This document shows, piece after piece, positions 35,001 to 50,100 of a stretch of 64,000 bases of DNA. Made by a program: the position numbers and the translations under genes. Source of the stretch: a virus (taxonomy: Duplodnaviria > Heunggongvirae > Uroviricota > Caudoviricetes); the IMG/VR virus record IMGVR_UViG_3300035520_000484, positions 34,993-98,992 of that record; one strand, given 5' to 3'. Under the pieces are notes generated by a model that saw only the letters and a program-made list of their open reading frames with translations, searched no databases and was not told the DNA's origin. The stretch's first letter is position 1. Each line of letters begins with the position of its first letter.

Positions 35001-38000
35001 ATAAAAGAATTTGATACATTAATTGAGGAATTTAATGAAAAACTTAAGAAAATTGATAATACTCAAAATAGAGATGATTATGAATCATAGGTAGTTGAAT
35101 TAAGAAAGCAATATCTTAATGATGCTTATACTATACTTTCTACAAATGCGTTAAAAATATTAGAACCTTTTATTAAATAGGGATATGTGACTACTCCTGT
35201 TAAATAGAATTTAATGCCAATACTTAATACTATTGCTGAAAAGCTAAAATCAAATTGGTATGGTTCTAAAAAACCTATTTATGATGACTTTGACGAAATT
35301 ATTGGTTTTGAGCAAGATGAAAATAATCCTAATGAAAAAATTTATAATCAATTTGTAGAACAACTTGATAAATTTAATAACTTACAAGCAACTCCTGCAG
35401 AAATATTCTTAAATCAATTCTAGGAAGCTATGGGTATGGAACCTAGCAATATTATAGAATTAATATCTAGATTAAAAGAATAGCTTAGTAAGGGAGCTAC
35501 TTTAGAAGAGTTTACTATGGATTCTAAAATGAGTAATGATTTAATGAATGCATTACAAGCACTTAGAATGTATAGAACTGTAGTAGCTGCTTCTAAAAAT
35601 AATGATGCGGGTCTTACTGATAGATTTGGGTTTGTTACCACATTAAATGAAGTATCTGAAAAATTAAGTAAAGAAAAGAAAATAGGTAAACCTCTTAATT
35701 TTGTTACTTTTTCTGCTGATTTTGCTAACGCATTACAACATGACTTATTTAATTTAGAGAATACTTTAAAATGGTATAAGGATATTTATGATATAAATAG
35801 AGGTAATAAATTAGCTCAATAGGATAAAGTCTCAGCAAAAGCATGTGAAGTAATCATGGATAAATTAAAATTAATTATTCAAGTTGGAGATGATGATCCT
35901 ATTAAACAATGGGATGGATGGGGAGAATTAGCTATAGCTTTAAATATGGATAATTTCCCTACTCTAAAAATGATTACTAATCAAGAACAATATACTTTAA
36001 ATAAAGACCAGAAGAAAGCATTAGAGCAAGAGTCTATGAAAATAGGCGATGCTGTTTATAATTTCTTTAGTAAAAATCAAAGTAAACTTAATGATCCTGC
36101 TAAATTATCAGAATTAATTAGTTTAAAACGTTTTCCAGGATTAATATCTTCAGAAACTAGTTTATTAAATGAAAAAATAGAGGAACTTGATGATAAAACT
36201 TTTGTTTGGTGGTTAGCAGGAAAAGCTGCTATAAAAACTTCTGATTTTTATCATAATTTTAAAGAAATATTAGATCCTGAAACAGGATTAATGTCTGTGG
36301 TTCCACAAGAAATAGCTATCTTTAATAATGTAGCTTCTATTGTTAATGGTAATGTTTTTAGTAAGTTTCAAAATGCTTGGAGATATTCTCTGCAATCTAC
36401 TTGGGAAAATATGTCTCAAGATGAGAGAATTAAGTTTTTAAAAGATAATTATAATTTAAATGAATAGACAATTAAACTCTTTGTTAACAAAAATTCTATT
36501 TTTTCTATTGCTGCAGCACCTCGATATGATCATATTACTTTTACAGAAGGAATTGCAGGAGCAGGTAAAACTAATGGAGTTACTGTATTAACAGTAAAAT
36601 ATCTTTAGAAGTATTACACAGATAATACTACTAAAAATATGTATGTTATTAGTTGTTCGGATGAAGAAGGTATTACAACCCAAGGTGATGCATTAAATGA
36701 AAAATTAAATAAAATAGGACATGTTTCTACTATAGATAAATTTTTAAAACAATATTATCCTGAATATATTCCTGAAAATAACGGAAGCGTCGATTCTTCT
36801 TAGTATACAATTAATGAAACTGAGGAAGTAGTTTCTAATTTAAAAATTAAAGCTAGTTCTGATACTCCTACTTTATTAATTGTTGATGAAGGATTACGTT
36901 TAAATTCTATACAATTAGATTTATTAAATAAATTAGCTATAGAAAAAGGTTTTACTATCTTGATGACTGGAGATTTTGATCAAACTCAAAATACTACAAT
37001 ATTAGAAAAAGATGGAATACGACATTTCTTAAAAAATTTTAGACAATATTTTATACATTCTCCTAAATTAGGATTATCTTTAAGAACTGACAATAGTATT
37101 AAAACTTTTAATGTTACTAATTTCCAATATTGGATGAATTCTAATAATTCAACAAATCAAGTTCAGTTGAATTATTATGAAGATGAAAATGGATTATTTG
37201 GTGATAGAGTTTTTAATCTTGATCGAGATGTTCCTAAAGATACAATAATCCCTCAAATAAAGAGAATGATAGATACATTACAAACATTACCTAACGGTAA
37301 AAAAGAAAAAATTGTTTTAGTTTGTGATGATATTTAGACTAGTGCTATAGCCAATAATGATGAAATAAAAAACAATCCTGCAATTGAGATCATTACTAGT
37401 TCTCAAATGCAAGGTCGTGAGGCACGTTACTATATTGTAGAAGTTAATCGTAATATTGAATTTGGGTTAAGTGATGAAGAAGATACCAGAATCAAACGAA
37501 TGTTATATACTGGTATATCTCGATCTTAGCAAGGTGGTTTGTTATTAGTCAATGATAGCATTGCTAAAAAGATTAGTAATGTTAAGTAGAATGAGAAAAT
37601 AGATGAACAATTTAAGGATCTTATTAGAAATCATACAATTGCAAGAAAGAAGATTCTTGATGAAATTGTTCCATAGGGACAACAAATTCCATTTGTTCCC
37701 AGAACTACTATGACCATCGAACCAGCTAAGGTTAAATAGAATGAACCTGATCCTGACTTTCCTACATTATTACCTGCTTATATTCCAACCCCAAGAGCTT
37801 AGACACCTAATAGTAATATTAAAGTAGCTACCGCTGATGATTTAAAAGGTAAATATGGAGAGGTACTTGATGTATATGATGTATCTGTTGATTTTGAAGG
37901 ACATTAGATTCCGCTTGAATTAGTTCCCTTAACGATATTAGTATCTCCTACAGGAAATAATGCAGATGCTACTGAACAAACTACATCTAATATAGTAAAA

Positions 38001-41000
38001 CTTGTTGATCCTGATGACGAAGTCCCTGATAATTTATATGTATTAGTAAAAATAGGTGATTATTATCAACCATTTGTTTTAGATGAAGATAATAAGTTTT
38101 TCCCAATATTTGGTATAAGACCTGATGGAACTTATTTTATTGATAGAAACAATGTTAATAATCCTTTACTTAATGCTATTGCAGACAAGTTAAATTAGGA
38201 AATAATTACAAAATATACAGGTGATGCACCTACTGTTATTGATAATTCTGAAACTTATCAAGGATTAGCATCCCAATTAAATAGATCTATTGATGTTAAT
38301 GCTTCTGAAGAAGATGTTGTAAATTCATGTTATTCTAAGTTAGAAGAAGAATTAACTAAACTTAAAGACAATCCTGATTATAATCCTCCTATAAAACCAA
38401 CATCTATAGAAGAACAACCTGCAGGAAGTATCTTACATCCTGAAGAAGAGGATACTGTGATATAGAATGATGTTGTCAATCAAGAAGAAGAGGAAAAAAG
38501 AATAATAGGATCTAGCATTAATAAATTACCTTAGACTACATCAGTACCTATAAAAGATAATGACGGTAATACTGTTGGTATTAAAATTAATACTAGGTTA
38601 TATTCGTTTAACATGCTTGAATTAGGAGCTGTTACTGATGATAATGGTAATATAATTGATGATGGTGTTTATTCTAAAGCTCGTATTGATAGTGTCAATG
38701 GTTTACGAAAAATTGATAAGATTGTCTTAGCTAGACCTGTTGTAGATATAATACGTGAGCAAGCTATTAGAGAAAGAGCTTAGAATACTTCAAAAGATAT
38801 GTACTTACAACGTATGTCTTTCTTGCAATAGATTTGTTTAAATACCGCTGAACCTGAAGAAATACTCAGAAAGATTAATTAGTATTTGGGATTTGACGCA
38901 AAAAATATTAGATTTGCAATACATTGTTCGCCTAATTTTACTGAAAAGTCTAGACGGGATGATAGTAAAGAACATCTAGTTTCAGAAACTAGTACTGATT
39001 ACTTAATTTTCGATTAGAATAAAAATGAGAAAAATTATCATCATAATTCTAAGGATGAGAGAAGCGATGAAATTAGACCTCATCGTTTAGTATGTATAAT
39101 TGGATCTGAAGAAACTGGTGATATATTAAGTATTCCTTTATTCTGTTTAAATTCACCTCTTACCGTTTTAAATGAAAAAGGTGCAGATGGAGAATTTATT
39201 TATGCAGAAGTTAAAGATGTATTTGATGCTGAAGAAGAAAATACTGGTCAAATTAATAAAGCTGTAAAGAAAGTTATATAGGAATTTGATGGAAATCCTA
39301 AATATTAGGAATTAATTGATCAATTTAAACTATTTAATTTTACTTTTTCAGGACTTTTTGATATTAGTAAAATTATTCCTGGATGGTCTCCAGTAAAGAA
39401 TATGACTAATTTAGGTCCCATGTTTAGCTCTATTAGAGGTATTTATCAATACGCTAATGGATATTCATATGATATAAATCTGGCAACTCGAGAACAATGG
39501 ATGGATGTTTCAGAATTTGCTAAATCACCTAAATGTCATGTTAGTTCTATCTTTACAACTCTTGATGAAAATTATGGTCCAAGAGGTCATAAATTTGTTC
39601 TTGTAAGTTATGATAACAATATTATAACAGATGAACAAATTGTAAGACAATATGAAAAGCAATGTAATGATCCTAATGAACCTCCTAAAGTGAAGTTAAT
39701 GAATGTTGAATTACCAACTGCTACTGTTAAAGAGTATATAGAACACTTAGACGGTTTGTTTGATGGTAAGCAACCAGTCCATATTGGAACATCTTTTACA
39801 CCTTTCCGATTAATAAATATTTTACTTCAAGATGAAGGATTTATGAATAAATACTTTACTCAAGTATTGTTTGGAGGGGGTAAAGAAACTACTGAAAAAT
39901 TACGTAGTTTGTTAGAAGATGTTGTAAAAGCTGATAAGGAACAAAACTATGATGAAGTTAATAACTTATTACATATGCATGATAAATATGACGGAAGAAC
40001 TGATATGGCTCTTGTAACCTATTTAGATAATGTTCTTTTGAACTTAGCTTATGGTAGTCTTTATGCCGACATGTTTATCAGTGGTAATAATACTAGAAAA
40101 TTAAATAATGAAGTTATTGCTGCTATGTAGGAAGTTTTAAAAAAGTCTAATTATTCTATTCAGCATAATGCAGTATTAATGCCTCAAGTTGATCCAAGAT
40201 CGCATGTAGGTAACTTTATTAGGGTTGTTCAAGGTGTAGATACTGATGGTGAGACTCCATTATGGACAATTGATGGTAAACCTATAAAAATACATGGTAA
40301 ACTTGATAATTACGTATTTTAGGGCGATTTGAGTGATGTTATTCATACTATTGTTACAGAGTTAATAGTTCCTACAACAACTAAGAAAGGGTAGTCTACT
40401 TAGACATCTAATGGAGAATAGCAACTAAGATCTAAAGATTCTTATAATAAGCCAAAAACTCCATAGCAATAGAGACAAACCAAAACTCAACAAAAACAGC
40501 TTATTAAAGAAAAATGGAATAACGTTATTTCTAAAGTAAATGGATTAGTAGATACTTCTGTTTTTGGAAGAATTACTAATTGGAAATAGTTTAATCAAGC
40601 TTGCTCTGATATATGTCATATATTAAGCGAGACACATAATAGACTTGCTTTTATGGTTAATGGTGAAATTATTTTTTCTGAAAAGCCTGTAGGAATTAAA
40701 CCAAAAACAATAGTTGGTAAGAATTATAGTACTGAACTTACACCTTCTTAGAATAAAATAATTGAATTTGAGTATAGAGATGGATCTGATAATTCTACAC
40801 ATAAAGTTAAATATGATTCAGTAAAGAAGGAATTAATAATAGAAGAGGAAACTCAAGAAATTCAGGAAACTCCAGCAGTATTAGATATTCCTAATTTTGA
40901 TGAATATAAAAGTAATTTAATAGCATTAAAAGGTAATACTACTAGTAAAGCATTAGAAAATATATTTACAAGGTTATCTGAAGTTTTAGATGTTAATATA

Positions 41001-41198
41001 TTAATGGATAGAATTAATGAAATAAGACTTACAGATAAGGTAAAATAGAAGTTTAATGAATTTAGACAAGAATTAGAAGCAAATCCAAGTTTACGTAATT
41101 TAGTACCTGTTTTAGATAATTTACTTAATGTTATAGAAAAGAAAAATTCAGTTACAATGACTTGTAGAATATCTACTAAAAAAATAAAAATGTTATGA
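32067..41198 (+). CDS. Giant virion protein A (about 3043 aa, code 15) with SF1 helicase-like P-loop domain
   Basis: Eight track ORFs share this frame; Walker A GIAGAGKT (36549), Walker B LLIVDE (36873), TGDFDQ (about 36966), QMQGRE, LYTGISRS (37503); ends TGA overlapping the next ATG. Confidence 0.8.
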
Positions 41199-44100
41199 GT
41201 ACATGTTATACCCCTTTAGAGAACTTTATTACGGATGTAATGGTTGATTATGTAGATGATACAAGTATACCTTTAGGAGATACCATAAAGGCATATATTA
41301 ATGAAAAATCTTCAGATAAGCCTGGGTTATTTAATGATATTCCAGATGCTGATTAGCATAAATCAGAAATTATAGATATTATGAGAAAAATAGCTTTTTA
41401 CTGGGCACCTAATGATCCTACAGTTGAAAGTGTTTTTAATGCAAGTAATTTAAATATTGCTATTGATGATGTTAATGCCCAATCTGCAAATAGACAAGTT
41501 GATCGTAGTACTTTTGATAGTCTAATTGATTCTTAGGCAGCTGTTAGTAGAAGATCTGCTAATAGATCGTTCTTACATGATGCTTATGGAACAGCAACTA
41601 ATGTAAAAGAAGCTGCAGAAAAAGAGGTATTAAAGGAATTAGTAGAATGTTTCTTCATAAATTCCAAAGGTCCAGTCACAAACTCTGTTGATATGAATAG
41701 AAATATCTAGGATTATCAGCAGAGATTGCTGAACAAAATTATTGATTATTTTGTAAACTCTAATAATCTAGATGAAAATACAAAAGTAGCTTTATCTAAA
41801 AGATTACTTTATGAAAATGGTAGAACTACTGAAATATTAGATATTGTGCGTCCTATTGGTGATAGATTTTTTAAAAATCTAACTCCAGACTTTCTTACAC
41901 AATTATATATAAAGAGTAAGAGTTCTCCTAATGCTAAAGAAAGAGAAAATGCTAAACGTAACCTTGATGCTTATAATGCTTATGTATTTCTAAAACATCT
42001 TGATAGTTATATTCATGATGTTTTTAAGAAAAGTATTTCTATTAATAATAGACTATTTAATGTTTTAACATAGGATGATACTAAATATTCTTTAGCAGAA
42101 AAAATGTCTAGTGTTCATTCTACATTTAGAGATTCTGATCCAGATGTTGAAAAAGAAGTAAATGAAGTTGTAAAGAAAATCATAGAAACCAGACCTTTAC
42201 ATAATTTTGGTGAAGACGAAGTTATCCCTGGTCAATATCTAAGATTTCAAGACTTTGAATTAGCTATTGCAGCTATTAAGGATTTAGCATTAACTCAAGA
42301 AGCTAATAATATCAATTTTACTGCAGAATGGCTTGAATTACATCCAAATTTTAGAGATAGTTTAAGTATGGAAGCCTTAAATTATATTTTTAGATGTGGT
42401 TCTTTAGCTAATGCAATTAATTTAATAGGAGAAAATCCTAGAGTTAATTTTTCACATGTATTTGAAGTATTAACTAATCCTTATTTTATTGAAGATTTTG
42501 AAAGATCTTTATATAATAAAAGAATGTTTCCGGATCCTAAATTAAAGAATGTCTTTTATTCTGTAGGTGTAGAGATTTTTAATAAATTAAAAAGTAATAG
42601 TAATTCTGATTCTAATTTTGATTATTTTGCATATATTACTAATGTTTGTAATACTATGTTTAGTAATCATATGCTATAGATATATGTCGATGAAAAAGGA
42701 AACATTGCTTTTAGGCAACTTCGATATAATGAAACTTAGAAATTTAAAAAGAAATTACTAAGTAAAGTTGATATTGCTAATAGTTTGATTGATTGGAAAT
42801 AGACAGAAAAAGAATTAAACTTTATACCTAAAGTAATAGGAGGTACAGTACAATCTTGTACTTTTAATATTCCAGGAACTAACTATTAGGCAACTGTTAA
42901 TTATAAAGAATAGAATGTATTTATTTCAAGAAATGGTGAAAAAGTAAAGAGCCTTAGTTCACTACTACAGAATGATAAATTCATGGAGTGGATTCAAGAA
43001 GTTACTTAGGTTAATGTAAGTGATCCAGAACTTTTAAATATATTAAAGTATAGACATGATAATTCTGAATAGAATATTGTAGAAGGCTTACTTAATATGG
43101 CTGCAAGAATTACTGCTAATTCTTATGTTAATCAACAATTAAAAGGATTAGGATATAATGATGTTACCAAGAAAATTGATTCAATATTTAAGAAAAGCAA
43201 TCAAATTAAATATAATGTATCCTTAAAATCTATTAATTTACTTCCTAAAATAGATTAGGAATTTTTAAATTCTATAGCATTTGCACAAGCTATTACTGAA
43301 GGTATAGGTTCATCTCCTACTGTTAAAGATAGTAAAGCACATAGTCAATCTATTATTTCTCTTAGTCGTTTAAGTGGTAATATTGCTTATCAATGGGCTA
43401 AGCTAGAAAGGAGACCAGATTCGGCTACAAGAGATTTCATATTATTCAGACCTGGCTTTTTTAACGGAGTATTCAATAATATTGAATATGCTAATAATGA
43501 TGGCTCTCAAAAGGATTCTACTGATTTAACTGCAGGTGAAAGAACTTATGCAGGATTTATGTATGGGTTCTTACCAGCATTAATTAATTCTGAGAAAGAT
43601 GGATATAATATAGTAAATGCAGGTAATGCATTATTTTTAATGTCTGTTAATTCTGATAAAAATTATATTAATTATGGCTCTTTTGATTTAAATACTCTTA
43701 TAGATGAGTATAAAGATGCTAACGGATAGCCTAAAAGACTAATTGATTTAAATTAGACAGAATTACGTGATTTAATTAATAAACAATTAGGTAAGTATTA
43801 TGCAAATATGATAAATCAGATTGATACTGATTTTGACACATTAGCTACTTTTATTAAAGCTAATGGGTATAATGACTTTCCTGGGTTTGACTATATTGAT
43901 AACTTTACTAAATTAAATTCATGGTATTATCAATCTGGAATAGAAAAAGGTACTGTTGTTGAATTTATTAAACAATAGTGTTATGAATATAATAGAAAAC
44001 ATAGAAAACATCCTATTGCATTAATTGATAATATACATTTTAGTAAGAAATCTACAGATGTTGAAGTACTTCCTGGCAAATTTGAAAAAAGAGAAGCACT

Positions 44101-47100
44101 AGTTAATAATGCTACTATTATTTCATAGATTGCTAAATTTAGACCTGAGGGATGTAAATATTCAAGTGCATTTGATGGTTCGCAAGCTGAACGTTTTTGG
44201 AAACGCTAGGCTATTGAAACTGTTAGAAGCTTAGTTAATAGTGAAATAGAATTTGATTTACGTCCTAGAGTTAGTGATAATGCTATTTAGAAAAAGGACA
44301 GTAGTGGGCAATTAAAAATAAATGAAGGATAGAAAATAGATGCAGGATTATGGTTCCGTCATTATTATCCTAGTTGGGTAAGTCCTTCTGATAGAATTAT
44401 ATATGCTAAAGTTACAATTGACGGTGTAACTTATTCTATTGCAACTAAAACAGATCTTGTCTTAATGGAAAGAGCTGTTGGTATGAAATTCTTTGGTACT
44501 GATGAAGAGACTATTAGTAATCGACTATTAAAAGAAGGAAATATTGAAATTAATCCTGTACTTGATCAATATAATAACCTTGACTATTTAATTACTTAGG
44601 AATGGTAGAACGCAGGAGTAGGTACTTTTGCTACACATTCAGGTAAAGCAGGTAAATCATCTATGAAAACTTCAGAAATGACAGATTTATCAAATTACGA
44701 TTTAAGCTTACAAGCAGAATCATCTAAATTTCTTGGACAACATAAAAGAAATGTATCATGGTCTGCATAGATGCATGCTTTTCAAGTTAATAAATTAAAT
44801 GGTATTAGAGGTCAATATAATATCGCTGCAATTGATGACTTTACTGATATAGTACATGTTATTTCTGGTAGAAATAACGAAGTCGTTCCTTATAATGGTG
44901 TAACATTTGTTGATCCATTTACAGCATTACTTGAAAACTATTCTTTGGATGGTAATTTTGCAGGTTCTGTTAAAAAACCATTCTGCCATTTTAAGAATCC
45001 TCAAACAGGTACTGGTGGTATTATTAAAACAGCTAGTTTTACTTTTACTAACAATACTATGAGAAATTCTATTTTTGATGCTAATCTTATGAAGAAAATG
45101 ACTGATCATTCATGGATTGATGAAGACGGTAATCTTCTTGATATTGATATTGTTGGTAATTCTGGTAAAGGAATAGGCAGTTATAATGGTCAAATTATAG
45201 AATATGGTGATATTTACTTTAAAAGAAATGGTGTAATTTATAAAGTAGAACCTAATACTATAACCAAACTTGATACTCGTACTAAAAAAGATGGCACTCT
45301 TAGTCAATGTTACTCTAGAATAATAACACCTGTAAATAGTTAGGGAAATGTTATCGGTACTTCTAAACAAGAAATAGTTGAAGTAAATAGTAACTATGAT
45401 TTATGGAATTTCTTTGGTGGGTATTATAGTATGGAAATGCAAAGAGGACAGTTAGTTGAATCTGAAATATCAGTAAAACAAACTGTTCAAGCAATGAACT
45501 CTATTGGACAGATTAAATAGGGACATACTCTTACTACTGAAAGTACTCAAGAAGATATTTATTAGCCTCTTAAGCATGTAGGTATTAATTACTTAGTAAC
45601 TCATGAAGCTATTAAACAAGGAGCTGCTAATCTTAATCACGTTAATAAATTCTTTACTACTGATAATGATTTAGATTTCTATACTATAGAGCTAACTCAA
45701 ATAGGAATCTAGCTTGATAAGGAACATCATGCAGATAATGCTGAAGTTTCTCTTATGACTTAGGTTATTTCTGCTGCTGCGGGATTAGGTTATACTTATG
45801 AAAGAGCAGACGGACTATATCAAATGTTAAGTCAGGTTTCTAGACTTGGTGCAAAATAGTTTGTTGAAACTTATAGAAAGCATTTATCTAATCCTGAGGA
45901 TGAAAATGCTACTAAGAATTTCCAAGAAAGAATACTTAAAATAATTATTAAGAATCTTGCAAAACCTGATAGTTCTAATTTCTCAGAATCATTAGCTTAG
46001 GATATAAAATAGGATATTGCTAATAATGGTGGATTATTCTCTGATTAGGCTTTCCCTATTAGTGATAATACCTTATATAATAAAGCTATTAGTTCTTTAG
46101 CTTCATATATTTCTAGAAGTACTATCAAACTTAAATTTAATGGTTCTCTATCTGTATTGAATCCTTCTGGGCAACGAATGAAAGTTGTTGAAATAGAAGA
46201 TATTGATGGTAAGCAGTCAACTGTTAAGTATAATAGTTTTGATAGGTCTATGCCTGATTTTACTACAGAAGATATTGATTTATAGCAATGTAGTATATCA
46301 TTTGAAAATCCCTTACAACGTGACGAAGAAAAATCAGTAATTCTTACATTTAATGATGGTGTTGAAATTGCTGTATCTAAGACAAAAACTCCTGAAAATT
46401 ATGCAGTTCATTATTTATCGGGAGTAATAAATGATACAAATGTAAACACTATTCTAGAGTAGATAATAAATGTAATACCTGAAAAAGCTAAAGTTACTCT
46501 CTTTGGTCGTTTTCCTAATGAAAATCCAGATGTACAATTATTACAAAAATTGGCTGATAACTAGAGATTTAGTAAATTTGGTGAGAAAGATGCTTCGTTA
46601 CTTGACCCACTTGTACTTCCTATTTTAAGAAAAAATCCTACTGGTAATCAAGTTGGAAAACTTACTTTTAATGAGCAATTAGAGATTCAACAACGCAGGA
46701 AAGACCATAATCCCTTATATGAACAAGGTGAAAATGGAAAGCAATTTGGGAGTCTTGTAAAGCTTGAAATGGGTAGAAAATATAAAGTACAATTTAATAA
46801 GGAAGCTCTTGATAGAGAATTAAATCTTATTGATGAAAGATTAAATTCGGATATTAGTGAATATGAAAAGAAGTATTATAAAAAACGTAAAGAACTACTT
46901 TAGTCTTTAGATGGTAATTATGAACGTATTTATAATCTAGACCCCGAAACTTATTATTATTTCTTATCATTAACTAATCGTGGAGTAATATCTAGAGTTT
47001 CTGAATATATTAAAGATGGTCGCGATCTTGGTACTTATAATGTGAGATTTATGGATAGTTCTCATAAAATGCATCAAATGTGGGAATTAGTTTCTATTAA

Positions 47101-50100
47101 AATGGCACATGAACTTGAAGAAATAAGAGGTGATAAAAACCAAGATGAACTATTTGCATAGTGGTTAGCAAAATATGATTTAAAGTATGAATCATTTGCA
47201 GAAGCTTACAAAAAAACAAGAAATCAATTATAGAAAGACTTAGAAACTTTATCAAATTCTGTAGAAACTAAATTAGATTAGTTTGAAAAACATCTATCCG
47301 CATATGATCAAGCATTAGATTATCTAGGATAGATTATAGATACTGGTTCTGATGAAGAAATAATTGAAGCAAAAAAAGCTATTGAAAAAGCAGAAGGTCG
47401 TCTTAATCTCTGGATTGCTCGTTCTTTGAGTTTAGAAGAACGTACTGAATTAGATACTTAGTTTCCTAATATTCCTGTAAACTTTAATGATAGAATGAAC
47501 TATGTAAGAAATAGTCATTCTTTGAAGAATACTGTTAACTTAATTGGTAATGGCGAAGTAGAAGTTAATAAAGGTACTATAAATGTACAGGCATATGAAT
47601 TAATTATGCCTAAAGTATTTGCTACTACTTATGGTTTAAATGACCAAACTGATTTAAGTGCTATTATTAAGGATAGAGGATATTTTATTAGACAAGCTAT
47701 TCATAATAGATCTGCTTTAATATCTCCTCAAAAATATGATATTATGCTTAGAAGGTATAATGGAAAACATATTTACATTACTACTGAAGAGCATAAAGAT
47801 CCAAATCTAAGACTTGTTCCTGAAACATAGTTAGAAACAGAAGAACATGATGGTCGTATTATAAGAATAGATCCTGATACAGATAAGGATATGTATGATA
47901 TTCTTCCTAATTCAGAAATATATAGAGACTCATTAGGAAATGAAGTTATTGTAGTATCTGGGGATGCTTAGTTGCAAACTATAAGTGATTATATAAACAA
48001 TATAGCATTTGATGAATTTGTATTAAGTCAAAACTTACGTAATGAGTCTATATTTACTAACGCATTATTAGAAACATTGTAGGATAATGAAACAGTAGGT
48101 GGTTTTATTAAGTATACATTACTTAAAAATGATACTTCTACTACTCCTGAAGATAGAACTAAATTTATTCTTGATAAGTATAAACAATGGGATTCTATTA
48201 CAGAAGATAATTACATGAATAAATTATCTCCTAATCATCCTCTTATTAAAAATGGTTTAGCTAAACATTCATCTTTCTTAAAGAGTTTGGAAGTTATTGC
48301 AGCTCGTATTCCTGCACAATCAATGCAGTCATTCATGGGTATGAAAGTTGTAGCATTTGAAGATACTGATACTAATAATGCGTATGTTTCTAATCTTTAG
48401 ATATTCTTACAAGGATCTGACTTTGATATAGATTCTGTTACATTATGGGCTTATAATATTCCTCATAATGGAGTACTTCCTATTTGGACTCCTTATTCTA
48501 ATTATGAAACTATTACAACTCTTAATAAATCTATGGAAATGCCAGTTCCAACAGGAAAAGAGGCTACTATGGAGAATACTAAAAACATCAGTAAAATTAT
48601 GTAGTTTATTGATTCCTATAAGTCATTAATAGGAATTAATAAGAAAAATAAACCTTTCTTTTTACCTAATAAAGAGTTAGCTACATATGATGTTTTAAAA
48701 CGATTCCTTAAAGAAACTGCTATACCTTCTCCTGACGAAAGTATTGAGTTAGAAGTTGAAAGGAAATTCCAAGAAATATTTCCTAATGTAAATTATCAAG
48801 ATATATTAGAAGTATTTAGAAAAGCTCTTGATAAACATAATCTTTATTTAGATACAACCTCTGAAAAAAATCCTAATAAGTTTAGAGCAATTGCTGATAA
48901 CTATATGTTATATGAAACATTTATGATTAGTAGTGATCCAGTCAATTAGACTCAAGGCTAGGTATCTGTAGATACAGTAACAGCTCCTTTAAAAGAGAAA
49001 TCTAAATTATCAGATGCTTCAGAAAATTCTAAATACAGAATGGCTGGAATTGCGTCAAATAAGTCTGATTCTATTGAAGAAACTTAGGAAGGTAAGGATT
49101 GTATTGCAAAGTCCGCTTCTTCTATTAAAGGATTCTTTACTTTATTCCATTATTTCAATAAAGTACTTAATGGAGATTTTGAAAGTGATAATTTATCTTT
49201 AGCACAAAGTAGACTAATAGGACGAGGATTTAGTAAAAAGAATCCTGATGCTATTATGCTTGCTAATGTCAGAGCATTGGATCCTAGTACCATTGAAAAT
49301 GAAGAAGTTTGGCAGAAAGTACAAAGCATGAATTCCTTAGATGATGTTGTTTAGGTATTAAGTGCTTTACTTGGTCTTTCTGCGGATAATGCTAAAGAGC
49401 TTGTTTTATCTAAGTTAAATGCAGGTATTGATATGATTGGTTTATATCTTTATGGTACTGCAATAGGAAAATCATTTGATGAATTATCAGAATTAATGAT
49501 GAGTCCTACAGCTTAGATTCTTAAAAAGCAAATATCTGGAAATGTATTTAATAATAATCCAGGATATGGACAAGTTGATAGAGCTTTTACTTATTTTACT
49601 AAGAAAGGTTTCTTTGAATAGTTAGATTAGGTTGATATATCTAGGCAAGAAGCTAACTTAGTTTACAGATACTTATTCGGCATATGTAAAGGTCATATTG
49701 AGTATGACAATGAAATGCGTGAAGAATATGACGATGTTGAAAATGGAAAGGAATTATAGGAAAATAAGAATGATGAAGATATTGCAACATTAAAAAGTGA
49801 TGGCCCTCTTTGGTATTTCATGCAAAATTATGGTCTTAATAGAATTTTAAGAGACCTTGAATATATGAAAACTGTTGATAAATGGAAATATCAATTTAAA
49901 AATAATTCTAGGATAATAAGATACATCGAACAACTTGAAAAGTATGCAATTAATTATAAAAGCATTAATTGGAAACAATATAAGCAATTAAAATCTCTTG
50001 CTTATGGTGCTAAAAATATGGCTAAAATAGGTTAGATTGCAGGTTTAAATAAAGGTATACCAAGCAATGACCGAGACCTTTTCAAGTATATTGCTATTGT

